The notes: generated by a model from the letters alone, not told the origin. Counted from the first letter of the stretch, positions 47,672 to 57,219 are shown. The stretch is DNA of 64,000 nt from IMGVR_UViG_3300042558_003926:124001-188000, one strand, 5' to 3'. Numbers and translations are program-made.

Positions 47672-48012
47672 GCAAATTAATTTATCTAGCATCACCTTAT
47701 TCACATCCAGAGGATAGCGTAAGACGTGAGAACTATCTCATAGTAACTAAGATCGCAGCTGATTTAGTTTATAGAGGCTATGTTGCAATATCACCAATAA
47801 CATATGGACACATGCTACTAGAGCATGCAAAGATGCCAACTGATTGGGAATTTTGGGAAAATTTCTGCATTACTCTTCTGGAGAAATGCGAGAAGATTAT
47901 AGTTTGCAACAACATGGTGGGATGGGATAAATCCCGAGGTGTTTCAGCTGAGATCGAGTTCGCAAAAAACAACGGGATAGAAATTGAATATCTAGTTAAA
48001 CCTAAGACATAG
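47668..48012 (+). CDS. DUF1937/DUF4406 nucleoside-deoxyribosyltransferase-like protein
   Basis: IYLASPYS, SPI, W...C, GWDKSRGVSAEIEFA. Confidence 0.75.
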   Translation: MSKLIYLASPYSHPEDSVRRENYLIVTKIAADLVYRGYVAISPITYGHMLLEHAKMPTDWEFWENFCITLLEKCEKIIVCNNMVGWDKSRGVSAEIEFAKNNGIEIEYLVKPKT

Positions 48013-48015
48013 ATT

Positions 48016-48723
48016 ATGGATGGTAGATTTACATGGTGCGGACATGAATGGATAACATCAGAGAGATGGGGATTGATCCATCAGGATAAGCCATATTGCT
48101 GGTACGACAACTCCGCGATTCATATGAATACGGACAAATCAATAATTTTAAAGACGCATAAGAATCCGAGATATTTTGATAATCTAAAAATATCATCTCC
48201 GGTAGGTATAGGACTGATATCATGCACAACTAAATTCGGTCACGGTAGATTTTCTCTAGAAGCAAAGATGCCATCCGGACCTAACCTATGGCCAGCATTT
48301 TGGATGTGGAGCTGGGATTCATGGCCTCCGGAAATAGATGTATTTGAAGGATACACTAACTCTAAAGGAAGCTACTTTAAACCTAGATTTCCTGAGATTC
48401 TTGGGTTCTGGAATATCCAGAGTAACGTTCATTACAAGAAAGAAGGAGATAATAAGATGCTGGGAGCAAAGAACCACTGGCTGGGAACGAAAAGTCCAGA
48501 TAAGCTATTTATGGAATATGCTGTGGAGTGGAGACCTGACAGAATAGATTTCTTTTGGAATGGTAAAAAGATCAGAACGGTAAAAGACAGAACTATTCTG
48601 GATCAGTTGAATTCCACAACGATGAACGTGATAATAAATAACAGCATCACAGCAGAGGCAGATCTGGAAAATCCTCCTTACTCTGAATTTACTGTTAGAA
48701 ATTTTAGCTACTACAAATTATAG
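48016..48723 (+). CDS. Glycoside hydrolase family 16
   Basis: WPAFWM and catalytic EIDVFE, YAVEW. Confidence 0.85.
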   Translation: MDGRFTWCGHEWITSERWGLIHQDKPYCWYDNSAIHMNTDKSIILKTHKNPRYFDNLKISSPVGIGLISCTTKFGHGRFSLEAKMPSGPNLWPAFWMWSWDSWPPEIDVFEGYTNSKGSYFKPRFPEILGFWNIQSNVHYKKEGDNKMLGAKNHWLGTKSPDKLFMEYAVEWRPDRIDFFWNGKKIRTVKDRTILDQLNSTTMNVIINNSITAEADLENPPYSEFTVRNFSYYKL

Positions 48724-48725
48724 AA

Positions 48726-48941
48726 ATGGAAAAAGAAAACAATAACCATAGGAAGATAACTTGGGAATGTGAGCTTTGTAATTCAGTTCAGACTTCATAT
48801 TCTAATAAAAGATGGGATATGGACATTTGTGAATGTGGTAATTCAGGATACGATTTAGAGGAATGGTACTCAAGAACAATGGGAAAAATTAAAATAATCT
48901 CAGAGGAAAAAATAGATGCGACAATCAGGGAGAACAACTAG
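48726..48941 (+). CDS. Small Zn-ribbon-like protein
   Basis: CELC...CECG. Confidence 0.5.
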   Translation: MEKENNNHRKITWECELCNSVQTSYSNKRWDMDICECGNSGYDLEEWYSRTMGKIKIISEEKIDATIRENN

Positions 48942-49206
48942 GATAGCAAATTTTGTTGTTGATCAGCTATACACCTGCGGAAAGTGTATAGCGACAGACC
49001 ATGTCGCATATGATTTACGAGGAGATTCTTTCCGAATGTTAACTCACCTAATAGATAAAGTAAAAGAGCAAATTAGAATTAACTCAAACGGAAGATTGCA
49101 GTGCAATCACAGAATAGTTAGACTTGAAGGAACCGGTATTCCTGTTGTTTATTTTGAGCTAATACATGTTGGCGAGGACAATCTAGAATTCATTCAGATT
49201 AGATAG
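48916..49206 (+). CDS. Hypothetical protein
   Basis: Begins MRQSGRTT (degenerate P-loop-like). Confidence 0.45.
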   Translation: MRQSGRTTRIANFVVDQLYTCGKCIATDHVAYDLRGDSFRMLTHLIDKVKEQIRINSNGRLQCNHRIVRLEGTGIPVVYFELIHVGEDNLEFIQIR

Positions 49207-49274
49207 GGATATTTGTGTTTCCGTAATATCTTATTTTTTGGGTATATAGCATAAAAATAAGAAGACAGAGGAGA

Positions 49275-49610
49275 ATGAAAGCACAAATGTTTAACCACTC
49301 AGAATGGGTAACAGAGACTAATCCATTTAAATTAAGAAACAAGTACACCGAACTACTCAAAGATAGCGGATTTGGTATACTTAGCTTCGTTGAGTATAAT
49401 TTCGAACCACAAGGATACACAGCTCTCTGGCTTCTTTCTGAAAGCCATTTTGCAATACACACTTTCCCGGAGGAAAATAAATCTTATATAGAACTCTCCT
49501 CCTGCATAGAAAAGCAGTATTTAAAGTTTATGGATCTTAATGACTCCTCACTGGAGGCAGAGGTATCTTCTATTAAGGAAGATCTAGAATCCGTTCAATT
49601 TTCTAAGTAA
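49275..49610 (+). CDS. speD: S-adenosylmethionine decarboxylase proenzyme-like
   Basis: FEPQGYTA, LSESHFAIHTFPE (Ser-derived pyruvoyl site), SC. Confidence 0.88.
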   Translation: MKAQMFNHSEWVTETNPFKLRNKYTELLKDSGFGILSFVEYNFEPQGYTALWLLSESHFAIHTFPEENKSYIELSSCIEKQYLKFMDLNDSSLEAEVSSIKEDLESVQFSK

Positions 49611-49834
49611 TTTTTCTGATATTCAAATCCCTGTGAGAACATTTTTGTGTTCGTAGAATACAATTAGAAAGTATTAAAGATGAGAGGAATAAGAATTATC
49701 TATGATTTCTTTAGATTGTGGATCCTATGGGGAGACAGAAAAGAAGCATGGCAAGATGCTAAAATTAAAAACGACCCACATTTCCAGAATGAAATGAAGA
49801 AATTTGATGAGAACTATTCCGATAAATTGAACTG

Positions 49835-50050
49835 ATGGAAACTAAAGGAAAAAATTATTCGTTGTCGTTTGAATTGAATGACAAGCAGCAAAAAAAGTAT
49901 GATGGGTGGAAATCACACATTAAAGCATTATATGGGGAGTATGGATCATTCACTTGGACAATAACCCCTACAGGAATTGGTTTAGGAATTTCCGTTTTTA
50001 GCGAACTTGCAAAAGTTGAATTAGATTTAACCGACGTTGATAGCTGGTAA
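49835..50050 (+). CDS. Hypothetical protein
   Basis: 71-aa ORF with TPTGIG motif. Confidence 0.55.
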   Translation: METKGKNYSLSFELNDKQQKKYDGWKSHIKALYGEYGSFTWTITPTGIGLGISVFSELAKVELDLTDVDSW

Positions 50051-50060
50051 AAATAAAAGT

Positions 50061-51179
50061 ATGAATAGCATAGATAAACAATATCAAACTCTCCTTCAGG
50101 ACATACTAGACAATGGAGTAGAAAAGAAGGATAGAACCGGGACAGGGACAATATCCGTGTTTGGTAGGCAGATCAGACATAATATGTCGGAAGGATTCCC
50201 TTTGCTCACCACAAAGAAGATGTACTGGAAAGGAATAGTAACTGAGCTACTATGGTTTTTAAGAGGTGACACCAATATTAAATTTCTTATTGATAATGAT
50301 TGTCATATTTGGGATGGTGATGCTTACAAGAACTACGAGAGAACGGTAAAACAATCGATCGATAAGGCTGTTCAGGACGGAATCTTAAAAGGTGACGATT
50401 CTGAAGGATATAGCTATCTGGATAAGGAATCATTTATACACAGGATTAAAACAGATTCAGTTTTTTCTGAAAAATGGGGAGATCTTGGACCTATCTACGG
50501 AAAACAATGGAGAGCATTTGGACAGTCTGAAGAATACCACGATGGATCTGTGTATTTTTTATACCCTCCGATAGATCAAATATCTCAGGTAATAAAAACC
50601 CTCCAGGAAGATCCGGATTCGAGAAGATTGATGGTAACCGCATGGAATCCATCTGAACTGCATCTTTCAGTCCTTCCGCCATGCCACTATGGTTTCCAAT
50701 TATATACGAGAGAATTCAGCTTATCTGAAAGGTGTAAGCTATGGTCGGATTCAAGAGGGAAAAGTTTAACCTTTACGGAGGATTTCACGCACAAGCATCT
50801 CGATTCCCTTAAGTTTCCCTCGAGAGGAATTTCTCTAATGTATAATGCTAGAAGCCAGGACGTTCCTCTAGGTACCCCTTTTAATATAGCATCATATGCC
50901 CTACTTCTATCTATAATAGCAAAAGTTGTAGGTATGATACCCGACGAGGTAGTAGCAAACATGGGAGATTGCCACATATATCTAAACCAGATAGAGGGAG
51001 TAAAAGAACAATTAGGCAGGGATTCTTATCCTTTACCCGATTTAAAACAAATGAAGAGTGATGATTTCTACAAGTCAGTTCGGGAAAATTTCAATCTAAT
51101 CACTCATTTAGATAATACCGATTTTATTATAGAAAACTACCAATCCCACGCACCTATAAAAATGCCATTAAGTAATTAA
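50061..51179 (+). CDS. thyA: Thymidylate synthase (with insertions, start likely 50061)
   Basis: DRTGTGT, PLLTTKK, ELLWF, LGPIYG, LPPCH, RSQDVPLGTPFN, GDCHIY. Confidence 0.95.
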   Translation: MNSIDKQYQTLLQDILDNGVEKKDRTGTGTISVFGRQIRHNMSEGFPLLTTKKMYWKGIVTELLWFLRGDTNIKFLIDNDCHIWDGDAYKNYERTVKQSIDKAVQDGILKGDDSEGYSYLDKESFIHRIKTDSVFSEKWGDLGPIYGKQWRAFGQSEEYHDGSVYFLYPPIDQISQVIKTLQEDPDSRRLMVTAWNPSELHLSVLPPCHYGFQLYTREFSLSERCKLWSDSRGKSLTFTEDFTHKHLDSLKFPSRGISLMYNARSQDVPLGTPFNIASYALLLSIIAKVVGMIPDEVVANMGDCHIYLNQIEGVKEQLGRDSYPLPDLKQMKSDDFYKSVRENFNLITHLDNTDFIIENYQSHAPIKMPLSN

Positions 51180-51190
51180 AACAACATTAA

Positions 51191-51616
51191 ATGAAGACAG
51201 GAATAATAGCAGGAAATTTTGATGTCATCCATCCGGGATACATTAATATGTTTGATCAATGTAAAGAACATTGCGATTCTTTAGTTGTTTTGTTGCACGA
51301 AGATCCTAGTGTCGAGAGACCGGAGAAAATTAAACCAATCCTACCAGTAATAGACAGGATGAGAATGCTTAAAGCTCTAAATCACGTGGATGGGGTAATG
51401 GTTTATAAATTGGAGAAAGATCTGCATGATATAATAAGTACGGGGTTTAGGATGAACATCTTCCACGTTAGGTTTTTAGGAGATGATTACATAGATAAAT
51501 CCTTTACCGGGGACGATATAGGAATTCCTGTACACTATCTAAATAGAGATCATGGATGGTCGACAACAAAATACAAAAGGATGATTGCGGAATCGATATC
51601 TGCTAAATATAACTAG
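51191..51616 (+). CDS. Cytidylyltransferase (TagD-like)
   Basis: GNFDVIHPGY, LGDDY, WSTT. Confidence 0.85.
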   Translation: MKTGIIAGNFDVIHPGYINMFDQCKEHCDSLVVLLHEDPSVERPEKIKPILPVIDRMRMLKALNHVDGVMVYKLEKDLHDIISTGFRMNIFHVRFLGDDYIDKSFTGDDIGIPVHYLNRDHGWSTTKYKRMIAESISAKYN

Positions 51617-51620
51617 GATT

Positions 51621-51833
51621 CTAGTTCCTATTAGGAAATAATGGATCTGGCTCTATTACAACATCTTTCTTATTGTTAAGATAATGTAATGCTGTTTGCC
51701 CCATTTGATCCATGATCGAAGGCATCGAAAATGGCTCTTGACAACTGGATCCATTTACTTGGTTTGCACTGGGGTTCATTGCTTCCAATCTCTTAGAGAT
51801 GTAATCAAGATATTCCTTACTTGGTCTCGTCAT
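51621..51833 (-). CDS. Small antisense-oriented protein (70 aa, start 51833)
   Basis: Minus-strand GATATATA at 51839-51846, 5 nt before the ATG. MTRPSKEYLDYISKRLE... Confidence 0.5.
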   Translation of the reverse strand: MTRPSKEYLDYISKRLEAMNPSANQVNGSSCQEPFSMPSIMDQMGQTALHYLNNKKDVVIEPDPLFPNRN

Positions 51834-51900
51834 AATTTTATATATCGGTAATTTTTTTTTATCGGCTCTTTTTATTATCTTTAGGATCAAACCAATCAAA

Positions 51901-52371
51901 ATGACATTCGATAAATTTTCAGACATTATAGAGAGATTAAAAAGGCATTCGGAGATAGTAAATCAGGCATACTCTTTAAAAATAGATCTAATAGATTTTA
52001 GCGATGATCTTCATCGAATAATAGATGATCTAGTTAGAGAAATATACGGTGAAACCGGGTATGATTGGTTTTCTTGGTTTTGCTGCGAGAATGATTTTGG
52101 TAGAAAGGATTGGTCATCACTTCCTATCTTGGGATCTTCTAGAGAAATAGATGGTAAAACAGCTAGTGTAGGAAAAATAAACGGCGGAGAGATTGGAATA
52201 GGTGCATGGGATGAGAACGGGGATCCTATCTGTTACGACGTAAGATCAACCTGGACGTTTCTTGAAAAAAATTATTCGAGAATTCAAAAGAATGATGAAA
52301 TAGATCCTTCCCTGTGGGAAACAATCAAAGACAGCGGAGATAAAATTAAAAATAGAAAAAATAACAAATAA
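51901..52371 (+). CDS. Hypothetical protein
   Basis: 156-aa ORF. Confidence 0.55.
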   Translation: MTFDKFSDIIERLKRHSEIVNQAYSLKIDLIDFSDDLHRIIDDLVREIYGETGYDWFSWFCCENDFGRKDWSSLPILGSSREIDGKTASVGKINGGEIGIGAWDENGDPICYDVRSTWTFLEKNYSRIQKNDEIDPSLWETIKDSGDKIKNRKNNK

Positions 52372-52384
52372 TAAATTTTAAAAA

Positions 52385-52711
52385 ATGAAAAATCTTTATC
52401 TTCCTCTAGTCTTATTTTTTGCTTCAGGCAGTATAGTAGCTCAAACATCCTATAAGTCGGATATAATAAATCCGGTTTATGCAGACTTTGCATACGCTAA
52501 CCCAAGTCGGGATACATTATTTCTTTCTATAGATGGAAATGAGATGGGGAGAAGAACGTATCTTATATGGGAGGGAGATCCTAACTGGGATAGAAAAAAT
52601 CCGATTGTTTTGCTTGTTCCTCAGGAATTCATAGATCAAAGAAAATCGATATACCTAAATACCGATTCAGAATCTAATAATAGATCTAGAACAAAGAGAA
52701 ATAGAAAATAA
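52385..52711 (+). CDS. Exported hypothetical protein
   Basis: Signal-peptide-like N-terminus. Confidence 0.55.
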   Translation: MKNLYLPLVLFFASGSIVAQTSYKSDIINPVYADFAYANPSRDTLFLSIDGNEMGRRTYLIWEGDPNWDRKNPIVLLVPQEFIDQRKSIYLNTDSESNNRSRTKRNRK

Positions 52712-52719
52712 ATTATAGA

Positions 52720-53697
52720 ATGGTGAGAAATACAAGGATACGTAAAAGAATTTTGGATATGGTGGAAAGAACAGAAGAACTCTCTTACCCTCAGAGTAAC
52801 GAGGATAACGAAAACATTGACGTTAAAAACGACTTCGTACAGTGGTCAATAGTGGGAGACGGCAGTTTCTGTCCATCTTCTAAAACCATGGATATGCTAG
52901 ATCCAGGTTTATACGAGCCTTGTTATAATAACCGTATGGGTGAATGGACATTACTGAAGATGACCGTTAACACAGACGAGCTTTTTGAACTTCCAACTCC
53001 GGAAATAAGCGAGATATTAGATGATCTAAAAAAGTTCTGGCAGAAGAAAGATGAATATAAAAGCTTCGGTGTTCTCCATAAAAGAGGTATTTTATTATAT
53101 GGAGATCCAGGATGTGGTAAATCTGGTATACTCCAGCTTTGCATGAAGCACATAATAAAGGATCTCAATGGTTTAGTTATAAATCTAAAGGACGAGGATA
53201 CAGTTAGAGGTTACATTTCCATAGTGGATAAACTCAGACAAATAGAGCCAAGAAGACCGATTATAGTTATACTCGAAGATATTGATTCCATAGCTTCCGA
53301 GGGAAATTTTGTAACTTCTCAGCTGCTAAATATGCTGGACGGGATTAAGCAAACGGAGAATGTTGCTTATATAGCAACGACTAACTATCCGGAGAGATTG
53401 GAAGAAAGAATAACTAATAGGCCATCTCGATTTGATAGAAGATATTATGTTTCGCCTCCTTGTGAAAATGTGAGAAGATCCTATCTTGAAAGAAAAACAA
53501 AAGGAAACATGGAACAAGAGGAGATTGAAGTGTGGATCAAAGATACTGAAGGTATGTCTCTTTCTCATCTTAAAGAACTCCTAATATCTGTTAAAGTTTT
53601 AGAAACACCTTATCAACAGGCAATAAACCATCTTAGAGGTTTAGAAACCAAACCAAGAGGAAAGGGGCAGAAAAGAGTAGGATTTAGCGGAAATTAG
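52720..53697 (+). CDS. AAA+ ATPase (BCS1-like)
   Basis: GDPGCGKS, ILEDID, LLNMLDG, TTN, RPSRFDR. Confidence 0.92.
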   Translation: MVRNTRIRKRILDMVERTEELSYPQSNEDNENIDVKNDFVQWSIVGDGSFCPSSKTMDMLDPGLYEPCYNNRMGEWTLLKMTVNTDELFELPTPEISEILDDLKKFWQKKDEYKSFGVLHKRGILLYGDPGCGKSGILQLCMKHIIKDLNGLVINLKDEDTVRGYISIVDKLRQIEPRRPIIVILEDIDSIASEGNFVTSQLLNMLDGIKQTENVAYIATTNYPERLEERITNRPSRFDRRYYVSPPCENVRRSYLERKTKGNMEQEEIEVWIKDTEGMSLSHLKELLISVKVLETPYQQAINHLRGLETKPRGKGQKRVGFSGN

Positions 53698-53698
53698 C

Positions 53699-53926
53699 AT
53701 GGAACTTAATAAAGATCAGAAAAAACACATCGAGGAAGCTCTGGACTTTTATCCGGAGCTTACCTATGAAAACTTAGAAGAAATTCACGAGGAGATTCTC
53801 CATAACATGATAGACGATTTTATCATAGATCTTTCAGATGACGAGGAGGGGGATTTGCATATGACTTACTCAAACCTAGTCTATGATGATCTGGAGGAAA
53901 GAATAAAAAAAATAAAAGCAAAATGA
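53699..53926 (+). CDS. Small acidic protein
   Basis: 75-aa ORF. Confidence 0.5.
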   Translation: MELNKDQKKHIEEALDFYPELTYENLEEIHEEILHNMIDDFIIDLSDDEEGDLHMTYSNLVYDDLEERIKKIKAK

Positions 53927-54780
53927 AAGATGCGCTAGGCGACAGAATGAAGGACTTCTATGAAGACCGAACACGTTACAAGTTGGGACGTCGCACCAAC
54001 ACAATCATCCGTATCGACGGAAAAGCATTCCATACTTACACACGAGGACTTAAACGTCCATTCGACGAAGGGTTAATGGAAGACATGAATCGTACAACTG
54101 AGTACCTATGTCAGAATATCCAAGGAGCAAAATTTGGATACGTTCAATCAGATGAGATTTCAATTCTCATCACTGATTACGATGACATTTCTACACATGC
54201 TTGGTTTGACGGAAACTTGCAGAAAATGGCAAGTATTGCTGCTTCATTGGCAACTGCTGAATTTAATAGACTAAGATTGGCAAGAATTCTTTATGAAGAC
54301 CCGACCAAAGTTTGGGGTGAGATAATCTCATCATATAAACTTGCAATGTTTGATGCACGAGTATTTCAAATCCCTTACCAAGAGGAAGTGATTAACTACT
54401 TTATTTGGAGACAACAAGATGCTACAAGAAATTCTATTTCTTCTGTTGCTCAAGCTTATTTTTCTTCAAAGGAGTTGCACGGTAAGAAAACCAATCAGAT
54501 GCAAGATATGCTAATGTTGGAAAAAGGGATTAACTGGAATGACTTTACCCCTCGTGAAAAAAGAGGAAGTTTGATTCGTAAAGTAGAAAAGAAATTTATC
54601 AAATCGGATTCTATCGAAGATGTAGCAAAAACACCAAACACTGAGAGAATTGATGATAAACACATTTATACTAGATCAAAATTTGAAGCCGATCCGGAAA
54701 CTCCAATCTTTACCCAAGATAAAGACTATCTTAGATTGATGATGCCTCAAGAAAGAGTGACTACAGAATCACTAGTTTGA
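53923..54780 (+). CDS. tRNA-His guanylyltransferase (Thg1-like 3'-5' polymerase)
   Basis: RMKDFYE, RIDGKAFH, YVQSDEIS, FDARV, WRQQD. Confidence 0.93.
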   Translation: MKDALGDRMKDFYEDRTRYKLGRRTNTIIRIDGKAFHTYTRGLKRPFDEGLMEDMNRTTEYLCQNIQGAKFGYVQSDEISILITDYDDISTHAWFDGNLQKMASIAASLATAEFNRLRLARILYEDPTKVWGEIISSYKLAMFDARVFQIPYQEEVINYFIWRQQDATRNSISSVAQAYFSSKELHGKKTNQMQDMLMLEKGINWNDFTPREKRGSLIRKVEKKFIKSDSIEDVAKTPNTERIDDKHIYTRSKFEADPETPIFTQDKDYLRLMMPQERVTTESLV

Positions 54781-55340
54781 TAACCATGGAGGGGAAAAAG
54801 ATATTATTTCTGGATCACGATGGAGTTATCTGCTTATGTGATCAATGGGGAAGTAGATATAAGAAAAAAGGATACGACAGTAATCCAGAAACCCCTATGG
54901 ACATAAGAATGGATAACTTCGACAGAAAAGCAGTTAAAGTTCTAAATGAAATCGTAGATGTTACTGGATGTGACATAGTGATTTCTTCAGATTGGAAAAG
55001 ATGGGGAACCCTGGAACAAATACAGGAAATGTATCGAACCAGGGGTATCAAACCCCCTATAGATACTACCCCCTTCTTCTCCGCTTTACTCAAAGAAAAA
55101 AAGATTCCGTCTTTTCTAGAATACACCAGGGAAGATTCTCTTGAAATAGAGAGAAGTTATGAGATAAATTACTGGTTAGAAACACACCCGGAAGTGACAC
55201 ATTGGGTTGCTCTTGATGATCTGGATATGTCGAAAAGAGAAGCATGGGGTCTCGATAATTTCGTTCATTGTAAAAGATCATACAGGGAAGGCATAAAACA
55301 ATCAGGGCTTAAAGATAAAATAATAAAGCACCTGATTTAA
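54777..55340 (+). CDS. HAD-superfamily protein (RNA-repair 'Swiss Army Knife' type)
   Basis: FLDHDGV, ISSDW, EI..W, WVALDD, G. Confidence 0.85.
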   Translation: MITMEGKKILFLDHDGVICLCDQWGSRYKKKGYDSNPETPMDIRMDNFDRKAVKVLNEIVDVTGCDIVISSDWKRWGTLEQIQEMYRTRGIKPPIDTTPFFSALLKEKKIPSFLEYTREDSLEIERSYEINYWLETHPEVTHWVALDDLDMSKREAWGLDNFVHCKRSYREGIKQSGLKDKIIKHLI

Positions 55341-55365
55341 ATCCATCCATCAATTATATTTTTTG

Positions 55366-55373
55366 GATATATA
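55366..55373 (+). promoter_or_regulatory. Putative late promoter GATATATA
   Basis: Ends 5 nt before the ATG at 55379. Confidence 0.55.
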
Positions 55374-55378
55374 ATAGT

Positions 55379-56872
55379 ATGGAAAATATCATATCTTTTA
55401 GCACATTTTCATCGATTAATGAATCGGTGGATCCTAATGCTACTAATATCATTATAGGAGATTCTGCATCCCCTCTGATGGCTTTAAATATCAAAAATGC
55501 TAGTCTTTTGTCTAATCAACAGGGAGAAGGTTCTCTTTGGAAAGGTGGGAAGGGAGTTAAATGGTTAAAATCTGCAGTTTCTAAATATCCAATTTCTCCG
55601 AGAATACAGAACGTTGTCATCAACATTGGCACCAACGGAGGTTTTAATAAGAAGGATGACATAAAGGGACTATACACCGAACTTAAGAGAGTATTCCCTA
55701 ATGCTAGATTCCTACAATTACAGGGAAGCTGGGGATGGGGAGGAAATAGGAATGTAACAGAGGCACAGGTTAAGGAATACTACAAAGGGTACGAAAAGGA
55801 GGGAGCTATCATAGTTTATCCAGCAAAGGGATATGTTGCAACCGATAGAGAAGCACACACCAATAGACCAGTCTTGGCTAAGATCGGTGCTGAAGTAGAC
55901 CGTTTAATAAATACACCAGGTAAAGTCGTTTCTTCTGAAGTTTCGTATTCTACTACATCCTCAGGACAGGGAGAAAATACACAACAGTATTCTACCGGAT
56001 CTTCTAATGTTATAGGAGGAATTATATCCAGAAAAGGAGATCCATATAAATACAAGGTGGAAAATGATCACTGGATGGCAAAAAGAGACGATCACACTAG
56101 ATGGTATGAAATAACAGGGAAGGACTTTAAACCGGCATATCAAGTTTCAATTGATATATTAGATACAGAAAATCCTACCTCTAGAACAGAAAAAGCTCCA
56201 AAAAGAACTGTTAAAAATCCAGGGACTAGTACCAATACCAATACAAACACGGTCACTAACACCCAAGACGATATAGATCAGGTTATTCTTCCTTTAGAGA
56301 AGGGAGCGGATCCGGAAAAGCTAGATCCTAAGATCTCCAAGGAATTCAATTTTCATTTAATTCCCGACGGGAAAGAAACCAACTACAGAAGTGCTCAATT
56401 ACCTATGAAGCACATGAAGAACATGTATATTAAATACGGTATTAAGAGAGTTATCAGATTAAACGGCGACGGGAAGGACGCAAAACATCATATGCTAAAC
56501 AAAGCAGTTACCATAGAGGAAGAAAAAGCTCTATGTAAGGAGATAGGATGTGAATTCCATAAGTTATCATCAGTTAAAGATCAAGCGAAAGTAAACGAGC
56601 TTCTAGCTAAGGGAAACACACTTATACACTGTGCCCACGGAGCTGATAGGACTGGGGGTAACGTCGGAGGATATTTATATGACACCAAAGTCAATTCTTC
56701 TTTAATCACACCGGAAGCAATCTGGAAATACACAACACAATACAACAACTGGAACTCAATGGCTAAGAATAGGCCAAAGAAATTTGCAGATGGGGGATAT
56801 TTAACGCAGGCACAAAAATTTGGAGTAGAGGATTTAGAATCTGCCAACGCTCTAGCTAAAAAATACAAATAA
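55379..56872 (+). CDS. Multidomain protein: leader, SGNH-like domain and Cys-phosphatase (PTP/DSP-like) domain
   Basis: MENIISFSTFSSINES, IIGDS and NIGTNG, HCAHGADRTG (CX5R). Confidence 0.7.
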   Translation: MENIISFSTFSSINESVDPNATNIIIGDSASPLMALNIKNASLLSNQQGEGSLWKGGKGVKWLKSAVSKYPISPRIQNVVINIGTNGGFNKKDDIKGLYTELKRVFPNARFLQLQGSWGWGGNRNVTEAQVKEYYKGYEKEGAIIVYPAKGYVATDREAHTNRPVLAKIGAEVDRLINTPGKVVSSEVSYSTTSSGQGENTQQYSTGSSNVIGGIISRKGDPYKYKVENDHWMAKRDDHTRWYEITGKDFKPAYQVSIDILDTENPTSRTEKAPKRTVKNPGTSTNTNTNTVTNTQDDIDQVILPLEKGADPEKLDPKISKEFNFHLIPDGKETNYRSAQLPMKHMKNMYIKYGIKRVIRLNGDGKDAKHHMLNKAVTIEEEKALCKEIGCEFHKLSSVKDQAKVNELLAKGNTLIHCAHGADRTGGNVGGYLYDTKVNSSLITPEAIWKYTTQYNNWNSMAKNRPKKFADGGYLTQAQKFGVEDLESANALAKKYK

Positions 56873-56873
56873 G

Positions 56874-57161
56874 ATGAATATAGAGATTATCGATTTTTAC
56901 GCTGAATGGTGTGGACCTTGCAAGGCAATGTCACCCATGATTGAATCAATGCAGAAGCAATTTCCTGAGGGAAATGAATCGGGGGTTACCATTAGAAAGG
57001 TTAACGTGGACTCCGATCCAGAACTTGCTAGAAAGTACAACATAAGAAGCATACCAACCCTGGTTTTTCTTAAAAATGGAGTCGAAAAAGAAAGAGCCTC
57101 GGGTCTAAAAAATAAAGCATTTATGGACGAGAAAATAAATGAAATGATACTAAACAACTAA
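56874..57161 (+). CDS. trxA: Thioredoxin
   Basis: FYAEWCGPCK, IRSIPT. Confidence 0.95.
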   Translation: MNIEIIDFYAEWCGPCKAMSPMIESMQKQFPEGNESGVTIRKVNVDSDPELARKYNIRSIPTLVFLKNGVEKERASGLKNKAFMDEKINEMILNN

Positions 57162-57184
57162 AAATCCAATATAATTTAACGTAG

Positions 57185-57219
57185 TCCCGGAGTTATTAAC
57201 AACTTCGGGATTTTTTTTT
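57185..57219 (+). terminator. Rho-independent terminator
   Basis: TCCCGGAGTT / AACTTCGGGA followed by a T run. Confidence 0.85.

Noticed and set aside
1218-57157. Numerous minus-strand ORFs of 60-150 aa overlapping long plus-strand genes
   Set aside because: Shadow ORFs of conserved genes with no motifs or promoters (51621-51833 is kept as the exception).
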